In this document: positions 39,750 through 52,562 of the stretch, in pieces
How the letters are laid out: every line of letters starts with the position of its first letter
How positions within the stretch are numbered: position 1 is the stretch's first letter
From: Camelus ferus
Lineage: Eukaryota
Reading direction: 5' to 3'
Assembly (NCBI RefSeq): GCF_009834535.1
Contig: NC_045696.1
Span: 83,454,001 to 83,518,000, forward strand
Length of the DNA: 64,000 nucleotides
Program-made: the position numbers and the translations under genes
Notes under the pieces: model-generated
Databases searched by the model: none
Told to the model about the DNA's origin: nothing
The model's input: only the letters and a program-made list of their open reading frames with translations

Positions 39750-40140
39750 AACAAAAGCATTCTTACTTGGCAATAAAAAGTAATGAACTGACAATACATG
39801 CAGCATCATGGATGGACCTCAAAATACATTATGCTGAGGGAAAGAGCCAGGCACGACAGAAGACGTATTTTATGATGCCATTTACATGAAGTTCTGGACA
39901 GGCATAACAAGGCTATGGTGAAAGATAGCAGAACAGTAGTTGTCTGGGTTCTGGTGGAGGTTCAATTCAGAGAATAATGGAAAGGAGGGAGAAAAAACCT
40001 TTGGTTATGGGACTGTTAATTTTGATGGGGGAGTGGGTTACACAGATGTGTTGCAGTTTTTACAACTCATGGAACTGCATACTCACTATCTGTGCATTTT
40101 ACCGCGTGTAAATTATACTTAAAGGTTTAAAAAGTAAATA
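39750..40140 (+). mobile_element. L1ME-like 3' end
   Basis: gcaataaaaagtaatgaactg...catggatggacctcaaaa...ctgtgcattttaccgcgtgtaaattatac. Confidence 0.75.
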
Positions 40141-42139
40141 TGGACCAGACAGAATTCATCTTAAGGAGATCAGTCCTCCAACTATGATGCTGCTGTAGCT
40201 GAGAGCTTGGAGAACTCCTCTTTCGGAATTGCATTCAGAGGCTACTACACATTCTTTGATATCAATGTTAGTAACTCCCATAAAGATGAAATTAACTTTC
40301 AGAAACAGCATCATTCAGGGTCAGGTCTGTTCACTACAACTGATTAAGCTGGAAAAGGACATTTTTGCTTATCACACTGGAGTAGTGACTAATTTAATGA
40401 GGCTGATTTTTCTCACAAACTGATGATTCCTCTCACAAAAACATAAACAGTTAACAACTGATTCGTAAGGTAAATTCAATTTAAGCATTCCAAAAACTTT
40501 TTGGTTAAATGTGGAATCGCTGAAACAAGTGTCAAAGCCTCCCTAACTAACTGTTTTAAAGGGAGCAACTTGAATCACACGCAGAAGGAATGACAGAGTG
40601 TAACTGCCCTGGTAAGTTAATCACACCTCTTTCATGATGCACTGTACTAAAAAAGAAATGCCTCCCGTCTTTTTTCATTATATAATGTCTGAAAGACACA
40701 GACATTCTCAGATAAAATTTCAATTTGCAATTATGCTCAATTTAATCCCTACCACAGGGAAGAGGTCTTCTCTCTTGATTGAATTTTATTTACCATCTAA
40801 CATGTATAACATAGTCATCACATCTGCCCCCTAGCTACTCCTCCCCAACACCCCTGTAACAGGAAACAGAGAATCTTCAATTCACCAAATGGGATGGCAG
40901 TCTTTACTACTGTGCCTTACTTTTTTATTTTATTATTGGGATGGACATCACAGATTCGCATAATACACAACACCCATTAAGAAAATAGAAGCAGCAACAG
41001 CCAGGACCATAGCACAGTCCTGGAACAGAACTGGGTATTTAAACTTAAACAAGTTACACACAATGATAATATTTTGGCTAAGTAAATCTATGAAACTTAA
41101 ATTTCATATGTCTTATGATAAAAAAAAAATTTGGCCCAAAAAACATGCCAAACTGAAAAAGTCTTGTGGAATAAGCAAGATAGTTGATACTCTACTTCTT
41201 TATCAGGTGCAGTGAAACCCAAGATAGACTTACAATTTCTCTATCTTAAATATGAAAGGTTTGACCTAGACTTCCTCCAAAGTTCCTTCTGATGCTATAA
41301 GAATATTTTGCGATGAATCTATTTGATATAAGTGAGACAGGAAGTAATACAAAACCAATTAAAGTTGCTGCAATTACTGTCTTAAGTTAGTGACGCACAA
41401 TGTGACCAAGTAAATGAAATACAGATGCATAATCTTGATTTCTCCCTTTACAAAATCACAAGTTTCTGCACAGGTAACGTAATAGAATAGGTAAATGTAT
41501 TTGAGGGATTTCAAAAGATCTTAAGGATAAATCTGTTACATAGATATTATATATGATATTTAAAATTTATGTAGCATTTCACAATTATTAAACTCACTAC
41601 TAATAGTTTTATTATATGTTAATCAGCAGTGTTCCCTGGAGCATTATGTTTTTTTAAAAATCCTTACCTAGGAATACAAATGCATCAAGTACTGATATAA
41701 AGATCAGAATTCTGAATTGTTGGTCTGCTTCTGTCCAATCCTGTTCCAATTTATTTTCAGAGAGAGTTCTACATTCCAAGTCATTCATCTCCCAGTGCCT
41801 ACAGATTATCCTTGTTCATATTTCTATAGAAAGCCATCTCAGAAAGATGAAAATTCATACTATTTTTACAACCGTTCAGGGAGAGTCCGCAAACTGCCTT
41901 CATAATTCATTCTAAAATGTAGCCACTCTCATTGTCAGGAAATTATCTTTTATGTCAAACATAAATTATGTCCTCCAACAGCCTCCTCTTGATGGAGCTA
42001 AGCAATCCCAGGTTGCTTTTCCTGTGGGCCTTTTCTAATGCCTCCTGTATTCGCACCCTATTTTAATCTTTGTGATTACTCTTCAAGATTTTTAAACCCC
42101 TTTAAGGACCCGACTCCATATTCTAATGAGTGCCAAGCC

Positions 42140-42315
42140 TAGGGGTTGGCAAACTACAACCCGCAGGCCAAATCTGCCTGTTTTGATAAATAAAGTTTTA
42201 TTGGGACACAGCCACAATCTAAGGCGGCTTAGGTGCTTGCAACAGAGCCTGTATGGCTTACAAAGCCAAAAGTGTTGCCTCTCTGGCCCTTTACAAAAAT
42301 ATTCGTGGACCCCTG
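42140..42315. mobile_element. MER58A-like hAT MITE
   Basis: TIRs taggggttggcaaact ... gtggacccctg; internal aaataaagttttattgggacacagccac. Confidence 0.85.
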
Positions 42316-42819
42316 ATCAATGAAGTCAATGAAGTTATTTAAAATGCACAACTTCTTCAGGTTCCATCTTCAGTGTGAACAAATAGGACCTGAGCGGTTT
42401 TATCATACCCTCTCCAACTTTTCCAGACCCTCTCTCTCTATTCTAACTTGGGATCTATTAAGCCTGACATAGCGTAACATCCTAAAACATCAGTGGATGG
42501 CAAATGCTTAAGAGTGTCATACAAGATGAGCAATACAAGTTGATGCTCACTTTCTACCATCTACTCCAAGCAGGGAACCCTTTTCAGTAAAAAGTGTCAA
42601 ATCTTCCTCCATAATCAGGGTTTACATTGGAAAACAGAAAACTTCAGAATTCTCTCAGTAAAGGCACACTGAGGCATGCCTTCCTAATATCGGTCACCTC
42701 CCTATAACCCGCTCTCCTCCTCCAGCTGGGAGTGTAGTGTGTATATCTGAGGACACCATATCAAATGCTTCCAGTAGCAGGAAAACCATATAAAGGAGTG
42801 GAGCGGGCTGGTGGAAGAC

Positions 42820-43030
42820 TATAGAGCATGGTGGCGACTGTGGAGGACTTGGGTGCACAGATCTGTCCAAACACATTAGCACTGACCTGGTCCAAATGAC
42901 TGCTGGGCTGTAATGTGGGCCAAGAGTACATAAGTCTTCGAATTTTTCAGGGGAAACTGAAAATCAAGATTCAAATTTCTTAATACACTGTGAGGGCCAA
43001 CACTGCAATGGTTAAAAATCTTCACTTGTG
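42820..43030. mobile_element. MER102-like hAT fragment
   Basis: aatgtgggcc...tcttcgaatttttcaggggaaactgaaaatc...acactgtgagggccaa. Confidence 0.5.
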
Positions 43031-43239
43031 TTCACCTAGATTGCAAAATTCTTTAAGACACGTGTTCATTGAGATACATCTACTGAGGAGACTTGACCTG
43101 AATTAAAACCCTTATTTTGGAAAAAAAATTAAGATTAGAAAGATTAAATTACTGGTCTAAGATTGCATTGAGTACAGCGAGTGTAGTGCTGTAATTGCAG
43201 CCTACTGCTACTTTCAACATACCACTCCACAAATGTCTC

Positions 43240-43385
43240 TTAATTTAGAGGGATTTGAGGAATCCACTGAGAACCTGATAAAAGCTATAGACCCTATGAG
43301 AGAAAAATATACATAAATGTAAATTCACAAAAAAATTGGCTTCTAATTTAAAGGATTTCATACACTCCTGAAGCTTATCCTTGCA
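43240..43385. mobile_element. hAT-Charlie MITE fragment (family uncertain)
   Basis: gagaacctgataaaagctatagaccc...agaaaaatatacata...ctcctgaagcttatcc. Confidence 0.5.
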
Positions 43386-44729
43386 CATCGTCAGGGAGAC
43401 ACAGAAGCCAGCCTCAGTATCTTTCAAGTCTTCAATATGAAGAATCCATAATCTTCCAATTATTTCATATGGAAAATAATCAAGTGCCTTTATAACCTTC
43501 TAGATAGGTTTCATTTGCTATTTTCACTCACTTAGGTGACCATTATGCCACCTCATTATACAAGAACGAATATTTCAGATAAGACAAGATCACAAACTGG
43601 TTAACAGTGGTTATACAACATTCTTGGTTGTGATTTAAAATGATCAGAACTTTTGTTCAAATAAATTAGTCTCTTTTAGGATAAATTATTGTTTGACTTC
43701 AATCATTCTAAAAGATATGGAGAAATATCTCTCCTTTCTTGGACACATTGATTAGCACTTATTTTCAAAAGCACCTCACTAACCAGCTGCCTCTGGGTGA
43801 AGTGAGCACCTTTCTCTTGGTCCAGAATATCCTGGACACTGCCCTTACTGCCTTGTTTTCGGTTTTGATCATGTATCTCTCTAACTACACTGTAAGCCTT
43901 TTGAAGATGGACAGTAACTTATGAAGGTCTGGGCACAACGCCTGCCACATAAGCACTCTGTTACTGTTGGACGAGTTAACATTACCCCCTCAAGAGATTT
44001 CACTAGGTCTGGGTTAAGTTGAAGGCTTCCTTGAAAATATCACAAGACAAGAGTAACACTTTGGTATTTGGTATTTTGTCTCTTTTGTGACTTTCAATTT
44101 TTTCATAAAAGAAGTAAGAGGTGAATGATGATTAATTTTGAAAATATCAGTCTCTGGAAGGAGTGTGAGGAATTAGATTATAAACCATTTCCAAAGGAAT
44201 GCCTGGCAGGACAGAAGTTAATCACAGAAGAAAAATTCTATTGTCATCATCTGGCCCCAAATTTCCCCGCACCCCCTAAGATAGCAAGTGGACAGGTAAC
44301 ACACAAACCACTTTGTCCAAATGTTATTTCAGACACGGGACCCACTTACATACTTACTCTAAATTTTGCAAATTATCTTACATTATGTAAAATATAGAAT
44401 ATATATAAATGAAATTATTAAAAAGGAGAAAAATGAAATGTAGATAAAATTGGAAAAATACAAATGTTATTTAATCCATGGCATTCTCCATGGGAGAATA
44501 ATAACAACATAGTTTTGTATATTTTCCTGAATTGGTTTCTTAGAAAGTTTATTTTACAAAAAGGTAATTTTACAAAAGGTGAAGGTTGAGAATTTTAGAG
44601 AAAACAGTGCATAAATTATTGGCAAATTCAATATAGTTATTATTAAGTATCTATGTTATACACAGTGCTGTGCTATGGGGACTACAAGCACAGCGCCTTC
44701 CTACCCGGGAGAGGCAGGGAGGCACTAAC

Positions 44730-45560
44730 ACCACCACAGCCACTTTAGAAGAGCTAACATGGGCAAATCTGGGCTAATTTGAACATCACAATAAATGAGA
44801 GAGAAGATTATAATACTAAATAAACATTAGTTAGTGCACCCTAGATATTCAAATAAACAAATAAATGCGAAGGTTCTTCCTTACAACAGAAGTCCAACTG
44901 ATAAATGTAGAAGGAATAATTACATTAGAAAAATCAGTATTTGGCATTAATTATTAATAGATGCTAAAATCAGTAGATGTAAGTTTGAGAAGCAACAGAT
45001 TATTTCCATCACTCGAAAATATTTCCAAACCAAATACTTAACAACTTTACAGCGGTGAAGGCGCCAACTTAAACAAGTGATCAAAAGAATCTCTAGGAAT
45101 GGGCATTGACCGCGAGCGCTGTCTGAGATGATGCATTGAGAATACATCAATTTGTCATCCTCCTGCCAAAAGCATGCAACCTAAATCCATTCATAAGGAA
45201 ATCAGTCAAAACCAAAATGAGGGAAACTCTACAAAATAAGTCTACATTATTCAAAAGTACTAGTATCTTAATATACAATGAAATATTTTCTTTCAGATTA
45301 ATGAGGGAGTATTCCATATCACCAAGGCCAAAGAGACATAACAACAGAACAGAACGCAGGACCTGAATTTCCTTTTGCTATAAAGGACATCTGGCCAACT
45401 GGTGAAATCTGAAGGAGGTCTATAGATTATAGTATTGTATCCATCTTAATTTCCTGATTTTGATAATTATCCTGTGATTATGTAAAAGAACTTATTTGTT
45501 TTTAAGAAAAACCCACTGAAGTGTTTAAAGACATCAGGCCTGCAACTGACTCTACATAGT
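44730..45560 (+). mobile_element. L1MC4/5-like 3'UTR fragment
   Basis: ccaactgataaatgtagaaggaat; ctgccaaaagcatgcaacctaaatc; ttaatttcctgattttgataatt. Confidence 0.75.
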
Positions 45561-46049
45561 TAAGGATAGTAAACAGAATACACAAGTATGTACATATGTG
45601 TGTGTGTATGCATACACCTGCCAAATTTTAATCAGTGGTTCCCATTGATCCTGATCTGATTTGAAGTAAGAAAGACATACAAAAACTTTTTTGTGTACCC
45701 AGTTTCCTTTTTGTTAATAATTCAGGAATGATGGTCAAGGGGAAAAAAAGGAAATTTGAGTGTAATTCAAAACAACAATTTTGAATCTAGTACTACAGAT
45801 ACTCCTGAGTTACTATAGGCAGACAGTTAATTTGGTCTGTATCAAATCTTCCTTTTTCCATTCTAACCAACAACTCCTCTTCCACAAGAAAAAAAAATCT
45901 ATATACTATATGGATAGATACTGATATATGGATATTTTAAACCAATTTACAAAGGGAAGAACCCTTACTCCTCATCATATCAAAAAGAAAAAGAAAAAAG
46001 AAAAACAACAAACAATAGAAAAACCTAAAGCATATACTGGTGATTTTGA

Positions 46050-46453
46050 CAGCATACAACCTCCCCTACCCCAGCCCCCAATGCTTATGGACACTATGGT
46101 CTCTCTTTAAGGGAAACTGTCCATTTGGCAGAGTCTTGGCAGTAGAACCTATCTTGTACTGTGGCCTTTCTCTAAAAAGAAGAGGGCAGAGCTTTCCATT
46201 GCCTGCTACTGGGCAGCCTATCAGGCACTTGCTTCTGGCAGCTTGCACCACGCACAAACCAGACTTCCACTGTTGACTGTAGTTTCTGCCCCCCAGAGCT
46301 CCCTGGTTTCTGCAAATTTTCTCTCCCAGACTCTGCCCCTCCCCATCAGTTGGTGTGTCCCTCTCTTTCTCCACTAGCCTTCCAGTGAAATCCTTTGGGA
46401 CTTAAAATAAGCAGCCAGTTTCTGTTGCTTGGAACCAAGAACCTTAACGGACA
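46050..46453 (+). mobile_element. ERVL/MaLR-class LTR remnant (LTR33-like)
   Basis: 3' terminus tttctgttgcttggaaccaagaaccttaacggaca; 5' boundary uncertain. Confidence 0.5.
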
Positions 46454-46791
46454 AAAAGTTATTCGAATTTCTAAAAATCTCAACTTAAAGTAAGTTACTG
46501 TTAGCTCTACTAATAGGAACCCAATAGGGGTCTGTTTGCATGTGAGCAAATCTCTCTGGGGCACTTGCAAGTGTGGAGAGAAGATTGGCTTTTGGGCATG
46601 GCCTTTCTGGCTATTTAGAGATAGGCTTCCATACAAATTAATTCCTATAAGAGGCAATTAAAGCTAAATTCTTTTGATGTGCTGGAAGTTGAGATAAAGA
46701 TGAAAAACTACTCGACTCTCACTAAATTTGCTAAAACATTTTAATTGAACATGTGGCTGTTTCCAGAGACTGTCCACCTGGTTGAGGCTCT

Positions 46792-46827
46792 CCTTACCTG
46801 GGGAAAAAAAATGCAATCACTGTTAGC
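46792..46827 (-). other. Candidate recursive splice site (3' splice site directly abutting a 5' splice site)
   Basis: GCTAAC branch motif, TTTTTTTTCCCCAG|GTAAGG. Confidence 0.4.
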
Positions 46828-47044
46828 AACCCTTGTACTATCTCTAAAATACCATCCTCCAACACTTCCTCTGACAATAAAATTTCTTCCTCTAGGGGCA
46901 ATTTTTCTGCCACAAAGAAAAGTCTTTGTTTTCACAAAGCAAGTGGATTTCATACTGAAAACTTTTAGTCAGTTTTTCTTTATAAATGTAGAATGAAAAG
47001 TAATTGAAAATGCTGCTAATTAAAAGGAAAGTTATCATTTGCCC

Positions 47045-47140
47045 TTTAGCGGCAAATAATATCAAAGCACGCTCAATGATAATGACGTGCAGTAGTAACG
47101 AGCCTGTTGTGATGGCAACAAAGGAACATCACGTCAGTTC
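47045..47140. promoter_or_regulatory. Candidate enhancer or promoter: RFX X-box flanked by inverted CRE-like motifs
   Basis: TGACGTG 47083-47089, GTTGTGATGGCAAC 47106-47119, CACGTCA 47130-47136; five CpGs in about 90 bp. Confidence 0.5.
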
Positions 47141-47784
47141 TTAAAATTCCTAAAACTGTGATAGGGTCCAAAGGCATTCATTTTACATAGGTCACACAAG
47201 CCCTTGTTCGTGCTCAGATGTGCAAATGTAGCTGTGTCTGTAACTTTGATCCAAATTTATTTAAGTTATAAACCTTTCCAGGGGACTGTTTCATGATAAC
47301 TATGATGTGAGAAAAAAAGTGTTCTCTATTTTCGTCTATACATTTGAGGAGTTCATATTTTTTCAAAAGAATGTACACTGCAGTGATTTTCTTTCCCAAA
47401 ATGCTTATCTGAGCAAATCAACCCTCGTGTAATCTTTTATTGATTCACCACTGCCCACGAGATAAATCTGGGCTCCCCGGCATGATGTACAAGCACTTGA
47501 TAATCTGTCTGCCGTTGACCTTGGAATGTTGTTCTCCCATTTCCTTTCCTACATTCTTACAGCCCTTCACCCCTGAAACTTCACACTCTGCTCTCTCTCA
47601 CTTCTCAGCATCTTGCAAACTCTCTTCCTGCTGCCTGAATGCCTTTTGTTTCTATCTGTTTGAAGTCCACTCATGAGTCAAGACCAAGCTCTTCCTGTGT
47701 CTAATAGCCCTAGGCGCACAGAGGAGAATAAGTTAAATGATGAAAGTGAAAATGTATCCACAGTAAGCAGTAAACAAAAGAGAG

Positions 47785-48670
47785 CGATTATTATTTAGCA
47801 TAAGCTATGTGCCCAGCACTGTTCAGGCTAGGATATAACACTGAACAAAACCAACAAAAATCCCTGCCTGCATAGAGCTGGCATTCTAGTCAGTGACAAC
47901 AGAAAATATAAAACAAGTAAATTGTACAGTCTGATAGTCAGCGGCAAGTGCTAGAGAAAAAAATTAAGCAAAGCAAGGAGCATGGAGAGAACCGGAAAAC
48001 AACTGTAATTTTTAAGATAATTGACAACACTGTGGGAAGGAGACATTAGATGGGGGCACCCACCACACAGGTATCTAAGAGACAGAGCACGAGCCACTGC
48101 TCAGCCTGAGGCAGGGACGTGCCTGGCTTACAGCAACGAGGCCAGCGCAGTTGGAATGGGGAGAGGGAAGAGAAGTCAGAGGAGAGGAGAGTTCAGAGAG
48201 ATAACGGTGGCGGGGGCGGGAGCAGACCACGTAGACTCTCATCCGCAGTGGGGCAGCAGGGAGCCGTGCAGCGCAGCGTTTGATCAAAGCAGTAGCACGC
48301 TCTGGCGACGCTTCCACCAGGATCACTCTGGCTCCTTTGTAAGAAGGGAATGGAGAGCAAAGGTGGAAGCAGGGGGCCAGTTAGGAGGCCACTCCAATAA
48401 TCAAAGCAAAAGATGATGGGAGTTGGACATAGGGTAGTAGCAGTGGAGGTGGAGAAAAGCGATGGGTTCCGGACTTAATTTGAACACTGAATCAAAAGGA
48501 TATTTCTGAAAGATTGGGCATGAGATGTAAAAGGAAGAGAGAAGTCAAGACTGGCATCAGATGTGTGGCCTGAGCCACCGAACGTTGTTACCATCAAGGA
48601 GAAGGGAAGCCCTTGGGAGCAGTAAGTTCAGCAGGAAGATGAGAAGCTAGGTTTAGGTCATGCTCAGTCC
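47785..48670 (-). mobile_element. L2 LINE 3' region
   Basis: ctatgtgcccagcactgttc...tgaacaaaac...ccctgcctgcatagagctggcattctag; ggatcactctggct; gttaggaggc. Confidence 0.8.
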
Positions 48671-49909
48671 TTTTTTTTTTTTTTTTTTTTTTTTTAAATA
48701 AAGGCATTGGGGAAATGGTTGTTGAAGACTATTTCAGTTTTTAAAATTTTGGACCCTAAAAAAATTCTAAATACCGTACATTTCCAGTCTTCAAAGAACG
48801 TATTGCAGGAGTACTATCAATCCCACACTACCAAGAGGAGGCAAACTTCAGTGAAAATGACTTAAGAATAAAATTAAGGGCTGGTGCTCAGTAAATAAAG
48901 CACTAAGTTGGATATCAAAACATGTGACACAGGTTTTAGGGGTGTCTGGGAAGTGAAGGTATCACTCACTTTTATTTAATGATCCAAACCTTTTTAGTTA
49001 GCTCCTCTACTTAGAGACACAAAAAGTACAATTACAGATTTTTAAAAATCATTCAGATTCCAATAGAAAATATGCTTCAAATCTGCTCACAAAAACCTTT
49101 TTGGACAATTCTAACAAATATCGTCGAGGAATGTGATGCCATGGGGCCAAGAAGGGAGCCCAGACACCCTTCTCCAGAACACATTGTAGCTTAGGTGAGG
49201 CATAAATATTAGAATTCAGACCTAAATACTTGTACCACATAATCTATGCTTGTTTTCAGCCCCACTGGTGATTTACAGCTGGATTTAAGATGGACTCCTT
49301 GGACAGCCTCAGACTCGTGGGCTGTCAATCAACAAAGCAGCCCTCACCTAAGGAGCCAGACCTCACAACTACTTGTTTGAAAGGCCCACAGTTATTTTTC
49401 AAAGGGTAAGCTGTCATACATAGGATATTTTTCTGCTGTTTTCAAACCTCAAAGTTTTTAGAGGATTTTTTCAAAACTCTAGGTACATTTTATTCATAAA
49501 CACTGAGGTTTAAAAATAATTACACATAAAGGTTTTAGGGAGTAAAATTAAACCAGAATGCCTATGCATGCAGAGCTCCCTCCCTTCTAGTGTCCAGGCA
49601 ATCAAATAAAGGGTGGAAACTAGTTTGACTACACCAGGAACCATCATTTTTACTGACGTTTAACCTTATGAAGTTTTGAATTCCAATGGATTTTACCATA
49701 TAGATTAAATCATGGATAAATTGGTTTCTCCTTTATTCTCTTCATCTTTCTAATCCATTTAAACCATCACATTTCAAAGTCCAAGGCCTAATAGGAAGAA
49801 AAAAATGGCTTAGTGCATTAAAATATTCTGACCTGTACCCACTTTAAATAGGGACACAAATGTGTTCCTTCAGTTGAAATCAACTGTTGCCACTTCCTTC
49901 TCATCAAAC

Positions 49910-49940
49910 ACACGCACGTGCACACACACACACACACACA
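49910..49940. repeat. Imperfect (CA)n microsatellite
   Basis: Direct observation. Confidence 0.85.
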
Positions 49941-51363
49941 GAAGCATATACATCTTTCTGCAGGTTAACTGCATCAGGAAACACATGGGAAGGGCTTCCC
50001 AAGAATCTGCTGAAACTCTACCACAACCAATAAAAAAATTAAAACGTTTCCCCAGACTGAAAAACACAATTAAGCCTGGAAAGACACCATTATGATTGCA
50101 AGGAGTAGAGCACAAAGCTAAGTATGAGGTGGGTTCTTTTTTAACATAAAGTGACATTTCCTATACCCTCTGGATCATGAGTCTACATGTCCGATACAGA
50201 TAATTTCTTCAGAAATTGAGAACACCAAGTCTGTATGGGATAGTAGTAAATTGCGGTCGTAAATAAGGGTTCCTGTTTGTCTCTGAGTCATCTCTGCAAT
50301 GTCTTGATTACATTTTCATGCATTGGCCCGTGGTTGAGTATTAATGGGATTTTTTTGACAATTATGTGTAAAGGATGCAAAAGTAGCACCCATCGTCTGA
50401 CTGATGAAGATTGTCTTTTCAAACTCTGTCAGTTTCCTAAACTTGGAAACAGCACAAGATTACTGTGAAGGAAACAGATTCAGGTCAGCAACCCTGAATA
50501 TAAAAGCTCCACTTGCAATATGTTTGTAGTAGTGAGAAAAGCAATTGCCCATGAATTCTTGGTGAACCAAAAGCAATTAGATTTACCAAAAAAAAAAAAA
50601 AAGGAAACTGTTAGAAATAAGTTTTCCATAAAAAAAATAGCACAGATACTATTCCCATTACCGCAGTACTTCAGAACTGATAGCGTTTGTTATCAGAATA
50701 TTCCAAACTTGTTACAAATAAATGGCATCATTTTTATTCGAGGTGACTAAGAAACAAAGTTGGTGTTTTCTACTTTGTTGATACTGTGTCTGGGGCCTGT
50801 AGGAACGCATTTAAGAGGTGAATTTAAAGTCTGTCAGACAAGGAAGGGCTTAAATCTCTCAACAAAATGAAGTCGAATACTGTTCCTTTAATGCAAGCCA
50901 GGAAAGAGAGTGTGAGTAACAGTTTAATCAACCCCCAGCAGCTAAATGGCTAGATGAGAGTAGACAGAAGAGGCAGAACTGCCCAGCAGAGGGAGGAAGA
51001 GAAAGAAGAAACCCGAGAAATAGCTTGTGTTAGAGAGAGTGCTTTTCTGCGAGGCTTGCAGAATGACTTCACTGACTTCAAATGACTCCTCTAATTAATC
51101 CCTAGAACACTATATGGAGGGTTGGCTGGGGCCAGAGGGGTTATCTTCCTTTACACCTAAGAAAACAGGAAGAGTAAATCTCAGCCTGCCCAAGGTCAGA
51201 CAGGTGAGAAAGCCAGGGAAAGAACTCAGATTTCAGGGTTCTATCTCCTGCGTTCAAACTGCCCCGACCTGTGAGCTCCTGTTATTGAGGTAGGGGCTTT
51301 GAGAAGAGCAGGGATTATAAATATAACCAAAACCAAAATCATCCACATGGGGCTTAAGAGGGC

Positions 51364-51595
51364 CTTTTCTTTTCTTTTTATATTGTAGTATAGTTGATTT
51401 ACAATGTTGTATTAGTTTCTGGTGTACAGCATAGTGATTCTGCTTTATATATACATACATTATTTTCTTTTTCATTACAGGTTACCACAAGCCATTGAAT
51501 ATAGTTCCCTGTGCTATACAGCAGGACCTTGTTGTTTATCTACTCTGTATATAGTAGTTTGTATCTGCCAATCCCAAACTCCCAATTTCCTTTCG
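51364..51595 (-). mobile_element. Cetartiodactyl-type L1 3' end
   Basis: agtatagttgatttacaatgttgtattagtttctggtgtacagcatagtgattc...gaatatagttccctgtgctatacagcaggacc. Confidence 0.85.
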
Positions 51596-52345
51596 AATCA
51601 TACCTTTTAAAAACAGGCAATCTTTTTATTTTAATCATTCTTTTGATTTATTTATCAACACAATACAGGACAAATTCCCTCACCATTTTTGAACCTCAAT
51701 CTGGTAACTAAGCTACATGCAAAGGGAGCCATGATTCAGCTAATGTTATCACACTGGAAAAAAAAATGTATTTATTAAATCACACAAAGAAATTAACAAA
51801 ATGATTACCAATTATCTTGGCAAGATTCCTTAATTAATTGCCAGCACTAATAACATGTTATCTTCCCTATTATTAAAACAATGTGACTTCTATTAAAAAC
51901 TATTCATTAAAGATTCATTGGTTCCTTATTGCATCCTGCTGCTTCATATCTTATGTAGCTAAAGGGCTGCTTCCTAGAGTATGAAGTACTGCTGTGCGGA
52001 GAAGCAGCACCAGCCAGAGAATTTACGTTGAGAGACGTTATGCTTCTGAATGCTCTGTCTAGAGTATCATAAGGATATCACTTATAAAAGCAAACAGAGC
52101 TCATGTATAAAGGTCAGAGGGGGTCTGTCTGTCTTTGTGTCTATGTGTCTGTGTGTATACACAAAGCACTTAAACTCTAAGATGTTAGTACTTTCTGCAA
52201 GCATCTGATTCTCTTGGGAATACGAAGCACAAGACCTGCCCTTCTCAAGGAAAAGGAAGCTCACAGCACCAAGGGACCGTTAGAAAGAAAAGCTTGTAAT
52301 ACTTTCCAAAAGGAACTTCCCTATATTCCTCTCCAGATGTAATGG

Positions 52346-52562
52346 CAATGGTTCTCAACGAGGGGCAATTTTGCTCCCCAGGGCACTTTTGACAATATTT
52401 GGAAATATTTTTGGTCTTTGCAACTGGGGGAGGGGCTACTGGCATTCAGAGCATAGGAACCAGGGATGCTGCTAAACATCCCACCAGGCACAAGACAGTC
52501 CCCCACAACAAAGAATTATCTGGTCCCCCAAATGTCCAGAGTACTGCTCTTGGGAAACCCTG
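52346..52562. mobile_element. MER20 hAT MITE
   Basis: caatggttctcaac...ttttgctccccaggg...ccagggatgctgctaaacatcc...gaattatctgg...gaaaccctg. Confidence 0.9.

Noticed and set aside
48021..48416. 131-aa ORF, the longest in the window
   Set aside because: Lies inside an antisense L2 remnant; same explanation for the 126-aa ORF at 26348-26728 in a sense L2
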